A stretch of 64,000 nucleotides of DNA from assembly GCF_037042905.1 (NCBI RefSeq), contig NC_087251.1:13270001-13334000 (forward strand), in the 5' to 3' direction. Below the pieces are notes generated by a model, which saw only the letters and a list, made by a program, of their open reading frames with translations, did not search any database and was not told where the DNA came from. A program made the position numbers and the translations under genes. Numbering within the stretch: the stretch's first letter is position 1; every line of letters begins with the position of its first letter. Below, piece after piece: positions 12,975 to 26,700 of the stretch. Origin of the DNA: Lytechinus pictus (Eukaryota).

Positions 12975-14271
12975 CTCATGGCGCTTGTAGAAAAATAAAC
13001 ACAACACCCAACAACAATAGAAAACGAAAAAGAATAGAATTTGAATTCTCCTGAATGTAAATGGCAGATCAAAATTTAGTTTTCACTGGGACTTGAATTT
13101 TTCTGTTGATGAAAATATGGCGTAATTGGATAGGCAATCGATTCCATAGCTTAATTTGGTCCTATAACAGAGAATGCATCCCCCCATTTGTGTTTGGTTC
13201 TGGGTGTCTGGAGCAATAGAGCATCAGAATGATGAGCGGAGACTGCGTGAAGGCTGATATTTTGAGATAGAGCTGCGGAGATATTTTGGGGAAGAGAGAA
13301 TAAATTGAATAATAGTAAAATAATTTTGAAGGAGATTCTTTTATCAACAGGCAGCCAATGTAAGGACTGGAGGATTGGCGAGATGGAGTCATACTTTTTA
13401 GTGTATGTTAGGAGACGGGCAGCAGAGTTTTGTAGACGTTGAAGTTTTGTCCAATCTTTTTGCGGGACGTTAAAGAACAATGAGTTTGAAAAATCTAAAC
13501 GGGAGGAAATCAAAGCATGGATAATTTTAGGGGCTTTTTGTAGGAATTCATGAAAAGGATACGTATCTCATCGGGGTAGGCCCTAATGTGAGCGCGAAGC
13601 GCGAGATGATATTTTGTATATCCTCACCTAAAAATGTATAATGGAGAGTTTTTATCTCCCTCATCAAAATCAGAGCGTGGTGAGAAGCCTTTACAAACCA
13701 GAAAATTATATTTCTGAACTGTTTGCAAGAATTAATGAAAAGAAAGGTATAAAAATAATGCAAACTCGTAGCTATAGATGAAAAGTTATGACATTTGAGT
13801 TTGAAAAACTATTTTTTTAATAAGGAGTGTTTGTTGGAATTCATGGAGAGAATATAAGTATATCACTAATTAAAAGTTGCACGAATATTCATCCCTGGGT
13901 AAAGACATGCAAGATTATTTTTTTACGTTGAAAAGTGCATTAATGGTACAGAGAACGGGGGTATTACCGTCAGCGGTATTCCTTTTTTCAGCGTCTTAAT
14001 TCCTTTGCTTTTTCTATTCATTTTTTCCCTTTCTTTCTTTGCATCTATCTCCCGTTTTTGCACCACTGAAAGTAGCACCCGGGGCACGTGCCTCCATTGC
14101 CGCCCCGGCTAGATACGCCATGTAATAAAGTCCACTTTTCATGTCGGAAGAAATATCAGCTTGCGCTCCGCGCTCTAATCGATTGTTGAGTTATATATAT
14201 ATATATATATATACATATATATATGTATAACATGTACATGTATATATGTATAACATGTACATGTATAACTT

Positions 14272-14307
<36 letters not shown>

Positions 14308-16021
14308 GCCATTCTGTTCATGGTTCCATTGCTTTTTATGTCTTGTTTTAGGTCTAAATCTAGGGGGAAAATCACCTCGCGTCTAATTCTCTAATATGAC
14401 GTTTCTTCTTTAAATAAAAAACGGACTTGAACTTTCCAGTTTTTAGATCTGAATTAAAAAAAATAATAATCAGCTCGCGCTTCGCGCTCGCATTAATTGT
14501 TTGATTACATACTCATCCTGGTTATGATTTCAAAACGTGGTTAACATGTTCAGTTCTCAATAATACTCATATTGTACATGACAGAAAAAGTGCTTAGATT
14601 GTCCGAGTTTCGGGCGGAAAATTAGAATTTCTGTTCGCGCTTCATGCACGCTCGCATCATAAAGTTATGCTTATATATCCATCCAATTTATGGTTGAAAA
14701 TGTGATTCGAATATACATTTTTTAGTCCCAGATATTGAAAATGTACAACTCGCTCTCGCATTTTATTGATTGGTGAGATTTGTATTACATGTACATTCAT
14801 GAGTCACTGCAAAACGAATACTTTTGTAGGTGAGTATATTAAAAATTACTTCTGTGTTTCGCGCTCGCACGAATCTTTTCGTTAGATACGCATCTTCTTC
14901 ATGATTACAATAACTGCCCAGAATATTCAATTCTCAGTTCTAAATAAAAATATACAATAAATTTAGCTTGCATGTGATATATTTAGACCTCATGAGATAA
15001 GGTAAGATAAGACTGTATTAGAACTTCGATCTTTAGTTAGGTCAAGCCCTCTAATATAAAATGAATAAATAAATAAATAATAACGTGAATAATGCCCCCC
15101 CCCCCAAAAAAAAAAAAAAAAAAAAATGATTTTGGCGGCCTATCCGGAAAGTGTGAATGATAATTCCCACCCCTACCTTTAACTGATGAAAGCCTGTACT
15201 GCCCTGGGTATGGTGGAAGAAAATGTGACTGAGGAGAGTGTTGAACACTTCCAAGACTCATGGTCTTATAGCTGACGTCGGTACACGTTACCGATATACA
15301 TTTGTAGAATCAATGGCTATACCGACAAACATTTTGAACATTTACGATGGAGTGTAGCTCGTGAGCAAAAAATAAAATAATATAATCACTTTTGAAAATG
15401 AACACCACTTCTCCCCCCCCCCCCCTCTCCCTTGCATGGTTGTGGAAGTTCGTATAGTGTTTTTCGTTTGCGCGGGGGAGGGGCTAAAATAAAGGATTAT
15501 AGGTATGTTCGTTTTGATCACACGAATCAAGCAGTGATAATAATACATGGGCACCTTGAGCACCTAACAAGATGGACACGTGTGCTATATATATATTATA
15601 TTATTTTATTACTATTATTATCATTACTTAGAACTTATACGCTACTCGCCCCTCCCACTTCCCTCGTCTCCATTTTTTTTTTAGGGGGCCGCAGGTATAG
15701 GCATAATCTATAGCGTTCCCGCTCCCCCTTTCAATAATTTTTTTTTTTTTTTCATCGTCCATTCTGGAGATATATGATTTCATCTCTCCGATCCGCCTCG
15801 TCAGTGTGTAAATGCGCTAGCGTGAAGGGAGGGGGTCGCTAGCAACCAACCTCCAACCTTGGACAACACAAGAAATAGGAGAAAAAATAAAGGACATTTT
15901 GATATTAGAAACGAAAATGTCTGCTATGTTCTTGTTTGTCTTTTCCCCTGTTTATATTCCATAATGATGTAATGATTTTCATTTCAAGATTTCAAAAATC
16001 ACATGTTCAGACCCCCCATTC

Positions 16022-16537
16022 CCCGGGGGGGGGCACTCAGTATATAATGCATAGTGGGTATGTGCCGCGGAGGGGACCCCCATTTTTACACTCAAATTTC
16101 CGTTCCGAGGCATAGCATTTTTGTCTTATTGAGAAAAAGAACAAAGAAAGCCGCTCCAAAGCATAGCATTTTCTTCTTCTCGAGAAAAAAGAAGAAAAAA
16201 AATCCGCTCCAGGGCTTCGCATATTTTCCGTTACGCCGTTCCGGTCGCAATTTTGGTGAAAAGCGGCCGCAACTCGCTGTCTAACCATCGCCTCTGCGCT
16301 AGCGCGCCCGGCAGTCATGCCGTAGCCCAGCTGCATGCACGTTCCATAGAGATACATACGCACTCGCACGCAGGCGACCCGTTCCAAGGACCCCCGTTTT
16401 CACAAACATTTGTAGTTCCGAAGCCCGTTCCGAGGACCCTCCTTTTTACAATAAGCCCGCTCCAAGGCCCCCGTTTTTTGTCTCGCCCGCGGCACACACC
16501 CACCACTTTTTTGGTCGAGTGCCCCCCCCCCCCCGGG
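16022..16537. mobile_element. MITE with CCCGGG(G)nCACTC termini, superfamily unassigned
   Basis: TIR CCCGGGGGGGGGCACTC / GAGTGCCCC...CCGGG. 8-bp TSD CCCCATTC at 16014-16021 and 16538-16545. Confidence 0.88.
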
Positions 16538-17104
16538 CCCCATTCCTCCATGTCCAGTGTTGCACTTTGTGAATAAGAGAATTCAACCTGGTCACACGTC
16601 GTTTTATTTTCGTTTTCAGATCCTTTCATTTTACTTCTCTCTCCCAATTTTCTTTCTTTAGTCATGTTCGTTGTGTTGTAGAACAATAGAGTGGACTCTT
16701 TGACGTCGAAATAAGGTTACCAGACTAACGAAGGGAATGGGAAAGGTAGCGATAAATGGAAGCGAGGGGAAGGGGCACGCCCTCCTAAATTTTAGATAAG
16801 TGGGGTAGTTACCCCCTTAAAAAGGAAGAGGGAAAGAAAGAAAGAAAAAAGAAAAGAAAGGAAAAATGTGAAAATAAAAATAAGAAAAAGATGAATATCA
16901 CATGTTTACTAAAACCAATAATACCAAAATAGCAGTTTTGACAAAGGAAAATACTTAAAATTTAAAGCAAAATAATCATACAATCAAAAATAAAAAAGTT
17001 TGTTTTCCGCACCAAAATGAAGGTGTTTGGATCAAACCTGTACATCACCCCCATATAAATCTTGGAGGTGATTTAGCACCCCCGCTTACAAAGGCCATGT
17101 GCAT

Positions 17105-17383
17105 CGGTGTTTCCACAGATCCAAAACAAACTTTTCGAATTTATAGACATTTCCTAGAATTTTTAGTTTGATTTTAACAAAAATTGTACAAAAATGTAGC
17201 CAGCCGAAACTTTCAGCAAACAATTTTAAAAATATAACATGAATGTTGACAGTTGCTATGTTTAATTATTGTTTACTTGTAATCTTTGGATTTCCCGAAA
17301 TTTCCTGCATGGATTTGTTTCATTCGGAACCTTTCCTGGAAAAGGTAAAATTTCCCGAAATTTCGGGAGGAGTGGAAACACTG
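17105..17383. mobile_element. hAT-like MITE
   Basis: TIR C(G/A)GTGTTTCCAC. TSD ATGTGCAT at 17097-17104 and 17384-17391. Confidence 0.88.
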
Positions 17384-17958
17384 ATGTGCATCACGGGAAT
17401 ATCTATATATAACCCTTCATAATGCAATGTTATAAGGGGTTATAAGTAATATCACGAACATGCATGCTATTGAAATAAAAATGTAGGATTTTAATATAAA
17501 ATCGAAAAACTTTTCAAATTCAACTCTTTGCGTTTACTCGCATTTCTCTATTTTATTACTAAACTTTATATGCCCTGTCGCCGAACCCTGCATGTGTCTT
17601 TCCACATTTTTTAAAATCGGATTAAAGTGACATTTTTAGATTGGTGACTTCATTTTTTTGTACAAAATACCATCTGGACGTCTCAGGATTCTGGAGTTTC
17701 TTGGGGCTTTGCTATCTATGCCTAGAGAAAGGGGAAATAGAGAGGAACGATAAGAAAGGATATAAGAAGAAGAAAAGTGAATGAAATAAGAAAAGAGGAA
17801 CGATTTGAAAACAGAAAAAGTAGAAATCATTAAACAAAAAAAATCAATCGCGAATATACTTTTTTTAAAATCAGCTTGCGTTTTACATGCGCTCTTATCA
17901 TTATTCAGGAAAATATGCAGCAATATTCCAAAACAGTTTATACAATGTTTCGTATTAA

Positions 17959-18553
17959 AGGGGAATCCAGCCTTGGCCATAAAATGTTGTGTTGGGAAGG
18001 AGAAAAATAAATTAAACAGAATGGAGTAAGTTTGAAAGAAATCGGACAAGCAATAAGAAAGTTATAGCTGCTTTAAAATTGAGATCACTAATACTATGTA
18101 GATTTCAAATTGGCAACTGAGTAAGTAAATTATGACAAGGGGCAAGGACAACTTTCCCATAGGCCATGTACTTTATTATCAGAGATTTGTGGTTTTCTTT
18201 TAAGTACCCATTCCCCTGGGGCAGTAATCTAAATATAACCCAGGTAGTATATTGTTTTATGTCCTCATGAAAGAAAAATATAATTTGAAATAAAACTTTT
18301 GGGAAAAATGACATTTTAGCCAAAATATGTATTGGAGTACATGGAAGAGTAGTCCTTGCCTTACATCACTATGACATCCCATATGCGGCCAATTTGAAGT
18401 CTCCATGGGTATAGTGAATACCAATATTTACAACTTTTAAAAATTCATAACTTTCTTGTTGTTTGTCCAATATTGTTCAAACTTTCACCTATCAACTTGT
18501 CTGAATTTTCTTTTCCTTATAAAAAGAAGTTTTAATTTGGGTTGGATTCCCCT
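17959..18553. mobile_element. Kolobok-like MITE
   Basis: ttaa|AGGGGAATCCAGCC ... GGTTGGATTCCCCT|tt-ttaa, with internal inverted similarity. Confidence 0.8.
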
Positions 18554-20773
18554 TTTTAAGATCTTAATTTCAACAAATATCAGCTCGCTTGGCGTATAAA
18601 CTTTATACTTACCATAAGACCGTATTTGATTAGAATGACCCGATTCAGCTCTTCATGTCAAAATATTAATAATTTTCAACTCGTTCTTCGTGCTCCGCGC
18701 ACGCACCATTCTGTTGTATAATCAATGCAATTTAATAAGTTTGAATCTCGGGTTTTCAGTTATTTTTTTCCAAGCAATGTGCTTATAATGACAATCCTCG
18801 ATCCTGCTAATTGTTAATATCATAATATGTTGGGTGTGGATCATTTGGTGTGTGTGGGTTGAATCATATTTTTAATAAGTACACTCTATTATTCATGCCA
18901 AAATTTTAAACGATATTATGTTTCTTTTGTTATGAAAATGCTAATACGCATTTACGAGAACAATAAATCAAATCGAATTGTTTAAGATGAACATACCCTG
19001 CGTGATTACCAAAAGTGAGTAGAATGACCCGTTTAAGATGTTCATGTTCATAAAAAAGTTCGCGCTCCTATATTTATTTTCAAGGCGAAATATAAAAATA
19101 AACATTACCTTGCGCGCTTCGCGCTCGCATCATTAATTTAGGCCATAGTAGGTCCATGATTGTAAGAATAAAGCTACGATGTACTTAAAAATTCAGACTT
19201 TAGTTGCATGGGACACCCCCCCTAAATGATAATAATTAAGCATTTATCAGCCGATGTGGAAGAAATGTGGATGGAAATATTTCTTACCCCCCCCCCCCCG
19301 AAGTACGTAAAAATATACATTCTGGCACTGGCGGCGGAAGATCATGCTTCAACACCGCCGGAACACCGCCAATCCAGAATCTAATATTTTTATGCTTTCG
19401 CCGCCGGCCACAGAATAATGCAATTATTTTTATGTCCTTTTTATCCCCAGCATATACCTTTATATTTTATATATTTTATGCTGCACCAAATCTTTTTATA
19501 TAATTATTATAAAAATGTTCGTTATACATTGGTTGTTGGGCTGTGCAGTTATGTGTTGGAGGGGGGGGGGGGACAGCTTTACGTTGTGCAGGGGTGGATC
19601 CAGGTTTTTCTAAAGGGAGGAGGCACAATTCATGATAAAATTTTGAAAAGAAAAAAAAAAGAAAAAAAAAGGTTTTCATCTAAAAATTTACAATCTAAAG
19701 GTATTTCGCCAAAAATTTGTTAAGCAAAAGAAGAAGAAGAAAGGACCTCGCGTTCAAAGGAAGGGAGTGCATACGTGAGTAAAATATGGCAGATTTACTA
19801 CACAAGTTTTGACTATACTGCTCTCAAAAAGGTGCTCGGCCCATTAGAGAAACAGTCTTGAATAAATGAAATGTTATAATCATGTGACTGCACAATTAAA
19901 AATGAATGTCCTGTATTATGTTCATTTTTCGAGCGATATGGGAAGAGTCTTACGTAATACCAAGTAATTTGCATACCCACATAAACAACGAAACGTTCAC
20001 GCATGGGATAAAGCCATCCTTCCCTCAGCTAGCCATGGTCCATGCCTCAGCTCACGACACACGCAGAGCTCGAGAGACCACATGTTCTTATTCTATTCTC
20101 AAGTACATGTATGATGTTCTGGATCGCACATATTTTATTCTGGTGCTACACTTTCGCTTATCTTCATGTAATATTAAAGTACATCGCCCCAAATTTGCCA
20201 CGTTACTACCATCCCGGCGAGGAGTCAGTAAGTCTGCATTTTTCTTATCTTAGATGGTCTGTACATATCTTTCGTTGCGCTATCAGAATCTGTTTTTCTT
20301 CTTTCATACTACTTTCTCTGCTTCGACTAGAACCGTCAAGGCCCTATAGAAAAGAGCCAGCAGAGAACATGCGCTGCATGTAATGTTTACAATTCTCAGT
20401 GCATGCCGGCCGGAGCGGCCTTGCCCCCATTCACTATTGGTTGATTGACAGTTCTCGCTTGCGTGTCCGTTACGATCTCAACGCAGAGGGAGGCATACAA
20501 TTTTATTTTCAAATCGGGATGTCACAGTAATTTGGGAAATCGTCTAGTAGACGAGTTCTAATATAATCACATTTTCCTACCTACTAACGACTTTTCATTC
20601 AAAATAAAGATGATTTCTAGGGTTTCTTAGAACAAGTACATAAACTCATAAACATAATTCATCTTAATTTGAGAATTTTTTAAATCAGCTTCTCACAATG
20701 TTAAACGATCCCTTTAAGTCTGAATTCCTGCTTAAACATTGTTTGTATATAGTTCAAAAGTGAAAGAGAGACG

Positions 20774-20796
20774 ATGAAGGTGGTAGCTTTGGTCAG
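20774..20796 (+). CDS. DPH6: DPH6 coding exon 1 (MKVVALVS)
   Basis: ATG...GTCAG|gtaaat. Completes the PP-loop SGGKDS motif with exon 2. Confidence 0.9.
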
Positions 20797-23700
20797 GTAA
20801 ATAATACTCTGATTTATTCTCTCTTCAGATTTATCAGATTAGTTGATAGTTCAGCTGGCTGGGGTCTGCTTTTTTTTAAGTACAGTCCCACGTGCTCATT
20901 TCCAAGTGTGTCTTGATCTGTTCATGTCCACATGTCATCATGTCATGATCCATGGCCTGGCCGCCATGCATAGTCTTGAGGATTCCATGATGATGTTTTT
21001 AAAAAATATTTTGACATATATTTCTTCATCATGGAGTCTTGGCCTTATCGTCATCCAAGTCACTGGGGACAAACTTGAGATACAATGGAATCCACGGTTG
21101 AACGATTTTCAAAAGAAATATATTGTTCGCGGTGCAAAACGGTGTGAAGCCTCTCACTGAACAGGGACTTCCTTCCACCACACGTTTTCCCATTGACACA
21201 ATAACAACTGACTGACACTTTTTCAAATGACAAAAATAGTCTTCTTTTCTCTCCTGTGGCTATATATTCTTCCAAGTTGATGAAACAATGATCAAAAACA
21301 CTCTGGGCCTGGGGCTACACCGCTATTCCAACGCGTGTTGGAAAAGTCGACGCCAGACGGGTACGTTTTGGCCTTGATAGGTACGCTACTCTAGCGCGAG
21401 AGGGCGCGATTTTCGCGTCATCATTTTCGCGTACGAAAATGGCGACAAGCTGCTTCGGGAGCCGGTGCGAGCAATAACGGCAAGCCCTACTTGAGTCTCC
21501 TGTCTAGGATGGTAAACGTATATCAATGGGAATGAAAACGATGACATCATCTTCCCAATGCATTCAGCTATACTGCACGGTAAGCTCTTGCGACGGAGGG
21601 TCGAGATCGGAACAAAAATTGCACTAAAACAGTCTGTAAGTACAGTTTATGCATCAAATCATCATTATATGTTATTTTCATGGAATTATCAGACATATTA
21701 CGCTAAAAATACATATGCTACTCGAAAATTGAAGTCGTAAGCTTTCATTTCTTACCTCATTCATGGCAGCATTTCTTGCCACCATTTGCCACGGACGAAT
21801 GTTAAACGCCCTTGCTATTTGTTTCGTGGGATTTTCGTGGGAAGTTTGGCGACGCGTTTCGCGGGCTAATTTATGGCGGCTGCTAGGGTTTTTGGTTGCC
21901 CGCGGTGTGTAGTCCTGCGCATTGGAATTTGTGTAGCAGACCGTCTACCGTGATATGTCTGGTATTTCTTTGATTTAAAAAAACTTTTTCTTTTTTATAA
22001 ATTAGGAATTGAAAACCAGACACAAATGTAGAAATCAGAAATACATCCCACACTGACACACATTCATTTTGATTGAATAAAATATTGAAAAAAAATGGCA
22101 AATGACGCAACAACTTTCTGAATCTTCTCGAACCTAATTTTAGCCTTTACTTTAGTCTTGATTTATTATTTTATGATTATATTCTGTTGAAAATTCATGT
22201 AACATGATTTCTTTTGGCCTAATAAAACTTAAATTTTTTATTATTTTAAAAATGAATGGCCTAGATCTAATTTAATTCATTATCATTTTAATTTTCTTTT
22301 GTTTTCATTTTTTTATTTTCATTCAGATTAATTTCTTACCTCCATTTGAGCATGGCAATACTTACTGATCTGAAGTCGAGGGGCCCAACAATGAACAGAC
22401 TTGGGCTGCATGAGCCGTCGAATATCTGTGGTTCCAAGAAAGCGTGATGGAAATGCCGCCTTAAAAAAACCAACCCCACCTCTGCCTCTGGGCTTTGTTC
22501 TTGGCGATCCTGCATTCCATTCAGACTGCAACTTTAAGCAGGAATTGTTCTACCAACTACTTAATTATTCACAAATGTGAATTGCAGCTTTTAAATTGAC
22601 AAGAAAGAAACAATTGATTTATCTCACCCCCCCCCCAACTGTCTTCTAACATTTTCTATCACCCCAAACTAACACTTTTTTTCTTGTATGTCTGTTTAAA
22701 TATTTTTATTTAGACTTTATGTAATTTTTTCATGATTTATTTAAGAAGTATGAGCAAAAAAACAAACAATTTGGCACATGCAGTAGAGAAGAGAAGGAAC
22801 ATAGTGTTGAAAAAGGATACACATACAGATCTGAATATTAAAATAAATTTAAAAAAGAAATGACAAATCCACACTGACACATGAAAGTATTCATTTTATT
22901 TTTTTTCCTTGTTGGCATTGGTTACATTAATTAACTCCACATAAAAATATAAATTGGATATTTTAACCGTATTAATGAAGTTGCTCAATAAAATTTAAAA
23001 TTAGGTATTCTCATTGGAGGTAATGGTTGATACAGATGGGTGGGTGGACCTGCAGCCACTAGCGTACCTATGGGGGGGGGGGCAGACTGCCCCCCCGACG
23101 AGTCACAACCCATGCAAGGGACGTATCCCTGCCCTCCCCCCCTGATGAGCCACCGGTGGCCCCCTCCTTTGAAGTTTAAGACCGAAAGTACGAAATCCTT
23201 TATTTGTGGTTGAAGACTTTTTTGCTTGTCAAATTTTTGGGCGGACGATTTTGCCCCCCCCCCCCCCTGTGGAAAATCCTAGGTACGCTACTGCCTGCAG
23301 CTCTATTGTTTTATTAGATTTTCATTTTTTATTGCTGGGGGGGGGGGGTATTATGTAGAGCTGAAGCCAAATGATCTTATGAGGCAAGATTCAGTGTACA
23401 GCTCAATATGGTGCATGTAAAGTGATTTATTAAACTTTTGAAATATCAATTAAGAACTGGAATGATGAATGATATGAATATAAGAAATATATTAAATGCA
23501 TGTAAAGTGATTTATTAAACTTTTGAAATATCAATTAAGAACTGGAATGATGAATGTTATGAATATAAGAAATCTATTATATGCTAGTTCATCACAACTT
23601 TAGCTGGATCTTGCTGCAGAAAGTGCATCGTGTAGTTCTACAAATATCTCTGGTGAGAGGCAGTTTGGCAGAGCGGATGCAATGCTTCATAGGGCCCCTA

Positions 23701-26700
23701 ACATTTCTGTGGTAAGGTCGAATCCAAACTGATGTTTTCATCAAATGATACAGCCTCCTGGCTACAAAAATTTCCTGTAGATGAAAGAGAAAACAAAATA
23801 ATGAATGCAATGAAATTGGGAAAAAAGTGAGGCTAGAGGAGCAAAAACAAAAGCAAATGGTTGTAAAGTTAGTACAGGAGAGGAACAAAATGAGAAGAAA
23901 GGAACTCACAGAAAAGGAAACAAAACAGAGAGACAAACTTGAGACTAGCTCCTTTAAAAAAAGTTCTGTATGGTGTACTATGGATCTGTAAAAATATTTT
24001 AAAATTATGTAAAGTTTCAAGGATTGAGCATGCATAGGAAATCACGTAAAGGCAAGGATATCAAGTCACGAATAAAAACAAAAAATGAGGGGGGGGGGGG
24101 ATGGGAATTACATCACCCCCCCCCCCCCACCCCGCCTCTCCAAAAAAAAAAAAAAACGACTTTAATAACTTGTCAAAACTCTATCTAGTATCAGCTTATG
24201 TTATTATCCTTTTTAATGTTATTGTTAGGGATCGAGAGAAAGGATGAACGCGGGGGGGGGGGGTGCATTTTTGGATTCATACTTTCAGGCATCAGTGTAC
24301 TGAAGGGGAACATTAAACATAGGACTACAAAAAATTGCGATGGACAGACAAGAAACAAGAAATGATGATTAAAATGAAAGAAAAAATTATCGATCTCAAA
24401 ACAACTTGAAAAAAGAAAGATGCAAAACCAAATGTTATCAACTCACTTACATATTATATTTGAAATCCATCCCAATGGTCTTCCATGTCGTAATTGTGCA
24501 CTGTAATTCAGATAATCTAGTTAAAACATGTGAAATTAACTTCAAGTCTCAAATCAATCGTCTTGCACACTGTGCCTTGCAAAACAACAAAATACTCCGA
24601 TATATGCGTATCATGAACGCACATGCATATTTATGAGCGCCGCGAAAATGACCAATCTCATTCACAAATGATGCGCACTTACGCTTCGTCACCATGCCGC
24701 GAGAAGCGTTTATGCGCGATGTAAAATCTCCGCCCCGAATTGGCAATCCCCGAATGCGCATGCGCGGTGGTGATTGATACTCGATGGTCGACAATTCGTT
24801 CGGAATGGATAATACTTAGAAATCATTTCTTAAAAAAATCATAACTTGAGTTATTCTTCATCATATGTCTTAATCAATGCATCATCGTAATGGGTGACAC
24901 ATTTTCTTTATGTTGAGGTAAGTTTCAACAGATTTGGATGAAGATTTGAATTATCAGTGGCGTACCTAGCCTTGAATTTCCAGCAAATTCATATAAATTA
25001 CGGCCTAAATCTAGGTCTAACTTATTCATTATATACTAATTTCTTAATTATAATGTAAAATGGGTACTCACGGGTTCTTTTCTTTCCAAATTTTGTGTTT
25101 TCATCGCCTCTTCTGGCCAACTCTTGCGATGGCTGTTGTCGCCATAGGATCCTGTACATGCAAATCCAGGGCGAGTTGTCACATGATGCTCGCGAGTCTC
25201 TAGGGGTAATGGCCTTTAATCAAGGCATTCTTTTTGCTATAATTTTATAATGACGCTTAAATATCGAAATCAATGTAGACGAGTCTGTGCAGGGGCATAA
25301 CAGGGGTATATAAGAGGGGGCATAGCACATGTCGCGTGTGGAAGATAATAGTTACGTAATGTAAGTCCCGAGCACTAGCGTACCTAGGGGGGCAGTCTGC
25401 CCCCCCCCCCTCCCGATGAGTCACAAACCCATGCAAATTACGTATCTCTGCCCCCCCTGACGAGCTTGAAGACCTTTTTTTTTTTTTTTTTTTTGTCAAA
25501 TTTTTTGGCGGCCGATTTTGCCCCCCTGTGGAAAATCCTAGGTACGCCACTGCCCGCACTACATGCATGTTGGTAGCACTGGGACCTCTGGATATTAACT
25601 AATCCAATTTAATTACAGATGGCAGATTTTTTTATTATCTGAGTAGATCCCCCCCCCCCCCCCCCCCCCGGATTATTTGTTCTCACATGACTTTCCTTCC
25701 ATTTTACATTTCCTTTCGTTCTTTCTTTCTTTCATTTTTTCTTTCTTTCTTTCTTCCTTCCTTTGCTCTTATCATGTTTTTTTTCAGGTGAAATCCACTC
25801 GGGGGATGGCCAGCCATGCCCCCATCTGTTTACGCCTCTGAGATGTAGGCTATACTCATGATCTTAATCTTCGATTTTCCAAAGTAGGGGGGGTGCATTT
25901 TCTCAAGTAAAATTTGACAACCCCCCAAAAAAAGGTTATCACAGAAAAATGGTCATTTTGTCTCGCGTAAGATTTGACAAGTAAAACAAAAAAGATGGTT
26001 ACTAAAAATAAAAGACTGTCATTTTGTCCGTGTAATATTTGGCAAGCCTCCCCCCCCCCCCAAGGTTAACATATCGGAGGCGCGATAGCTCAGTCGGTAG
26101 AGCGGGGGTTTCGGATTCCGGTGACCCAGGTTCGATTACCAAGTGGTGCGCTAGTGCCCTTTGGTAAGGCATTTATCCTCATTACCAGGTCCCTCGGAGA
26201 GGACCTTAAGCCGTCGGTCCCCTGGTTGCTTGCTCACAGGCATTCGTGCTTGTTTAGCAGTCAGGTAAAAAATCTCGATATAACATAACATTAAAAAAAA
26301 GTGAAGGTAATTTTGTCCTGCGTGAAATTTTAAAAGTAATAAAAAGATGGTCACTAAAATTGAAGTTCATTTTGTTTGTGAAATATTTGGCAAGCCCCCC
26401 CCCCAAAAAAAAAGGTTTTAACTAAAAATGATTGAAGGCCATTTTGTTCCTCTTAAAATTTGTCAAGTATAAAAAAAAATCACTAAAAAATGAAGGTCAT
26501 TTGTCCCACGTAAAATTTGACAAGCCCCCCCCTAAAAAAAAAAAATGAAAGGTAACTGATAATGATTGAAGATCACTTTTTTCTTGCGTAAAATTTTACA
26601 AAAAAAGTGTGTCACTATTTGGCGAGCCCCCTACCCCCCCCCAAAAAAAAGGTTTAACTAATAATGATTGAAGGTCATTTTGTCTCTCGTAAAATTTGAC

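Larger units (their letters stand above)
11567..13526 (-). mobile_element. 5'-truncated L2-clade LINE (RT C-terminus plus 3' tail), interrupted by a hAT element
   Basis: ORF 13151-13513 reads ISSRLDFSNSL...KLQRLQNSAARL...PILQSLHWLPVDKRISFKI, typical of the L2/CR1-group ORF2 end. The 3' tail GCGCTATATAAG plus (ATT)n lies at 11567-11666. Confidence 0.85.
11157..14122. mobile_element. hAT-like non-autonomous element (outer layer of the nest)
   Basis: TIR CAGTGGCGTATCTAG ... CTAGATACGCCA-TG. TSD not preserved. Confidence 0.6.
7732..20713. mobile_element. Large non-autonomous Kolobok-like element (TTAA TSD, AG...CT termini) filled with nested repeats
   Basis: Left ttaa|AGGGATTGTTTCACTTTGTGAGCA-ATTTAAAAAATTATCA. 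Reverse complement of the right end: ttaa|AGGGATCGTTTAACATTGTGAGAAGCTGATTTAAAAAATTCTCA. No intact transposase was seen inside. Confidence 0.72.

Noticed and set aside
22410..22580. Short + ORF MSRRISVVPRKRDG... as the N-terminus of the + strand transposase
   Set aside because: The position is plausible, but there is no recognisable motif and it cannot be supported without a homology search.
23592..24035. 147-aa minus-strand ORF
   Set aside because: Antisense shadow of the + strand transposase fragment.
26079..26152. tRNA gene (also at 42465-42537 and 2970-3041)
   Set aside because: A/B boxes are present, but the stems are imperfect and the heads run into SINE bodies and tails.
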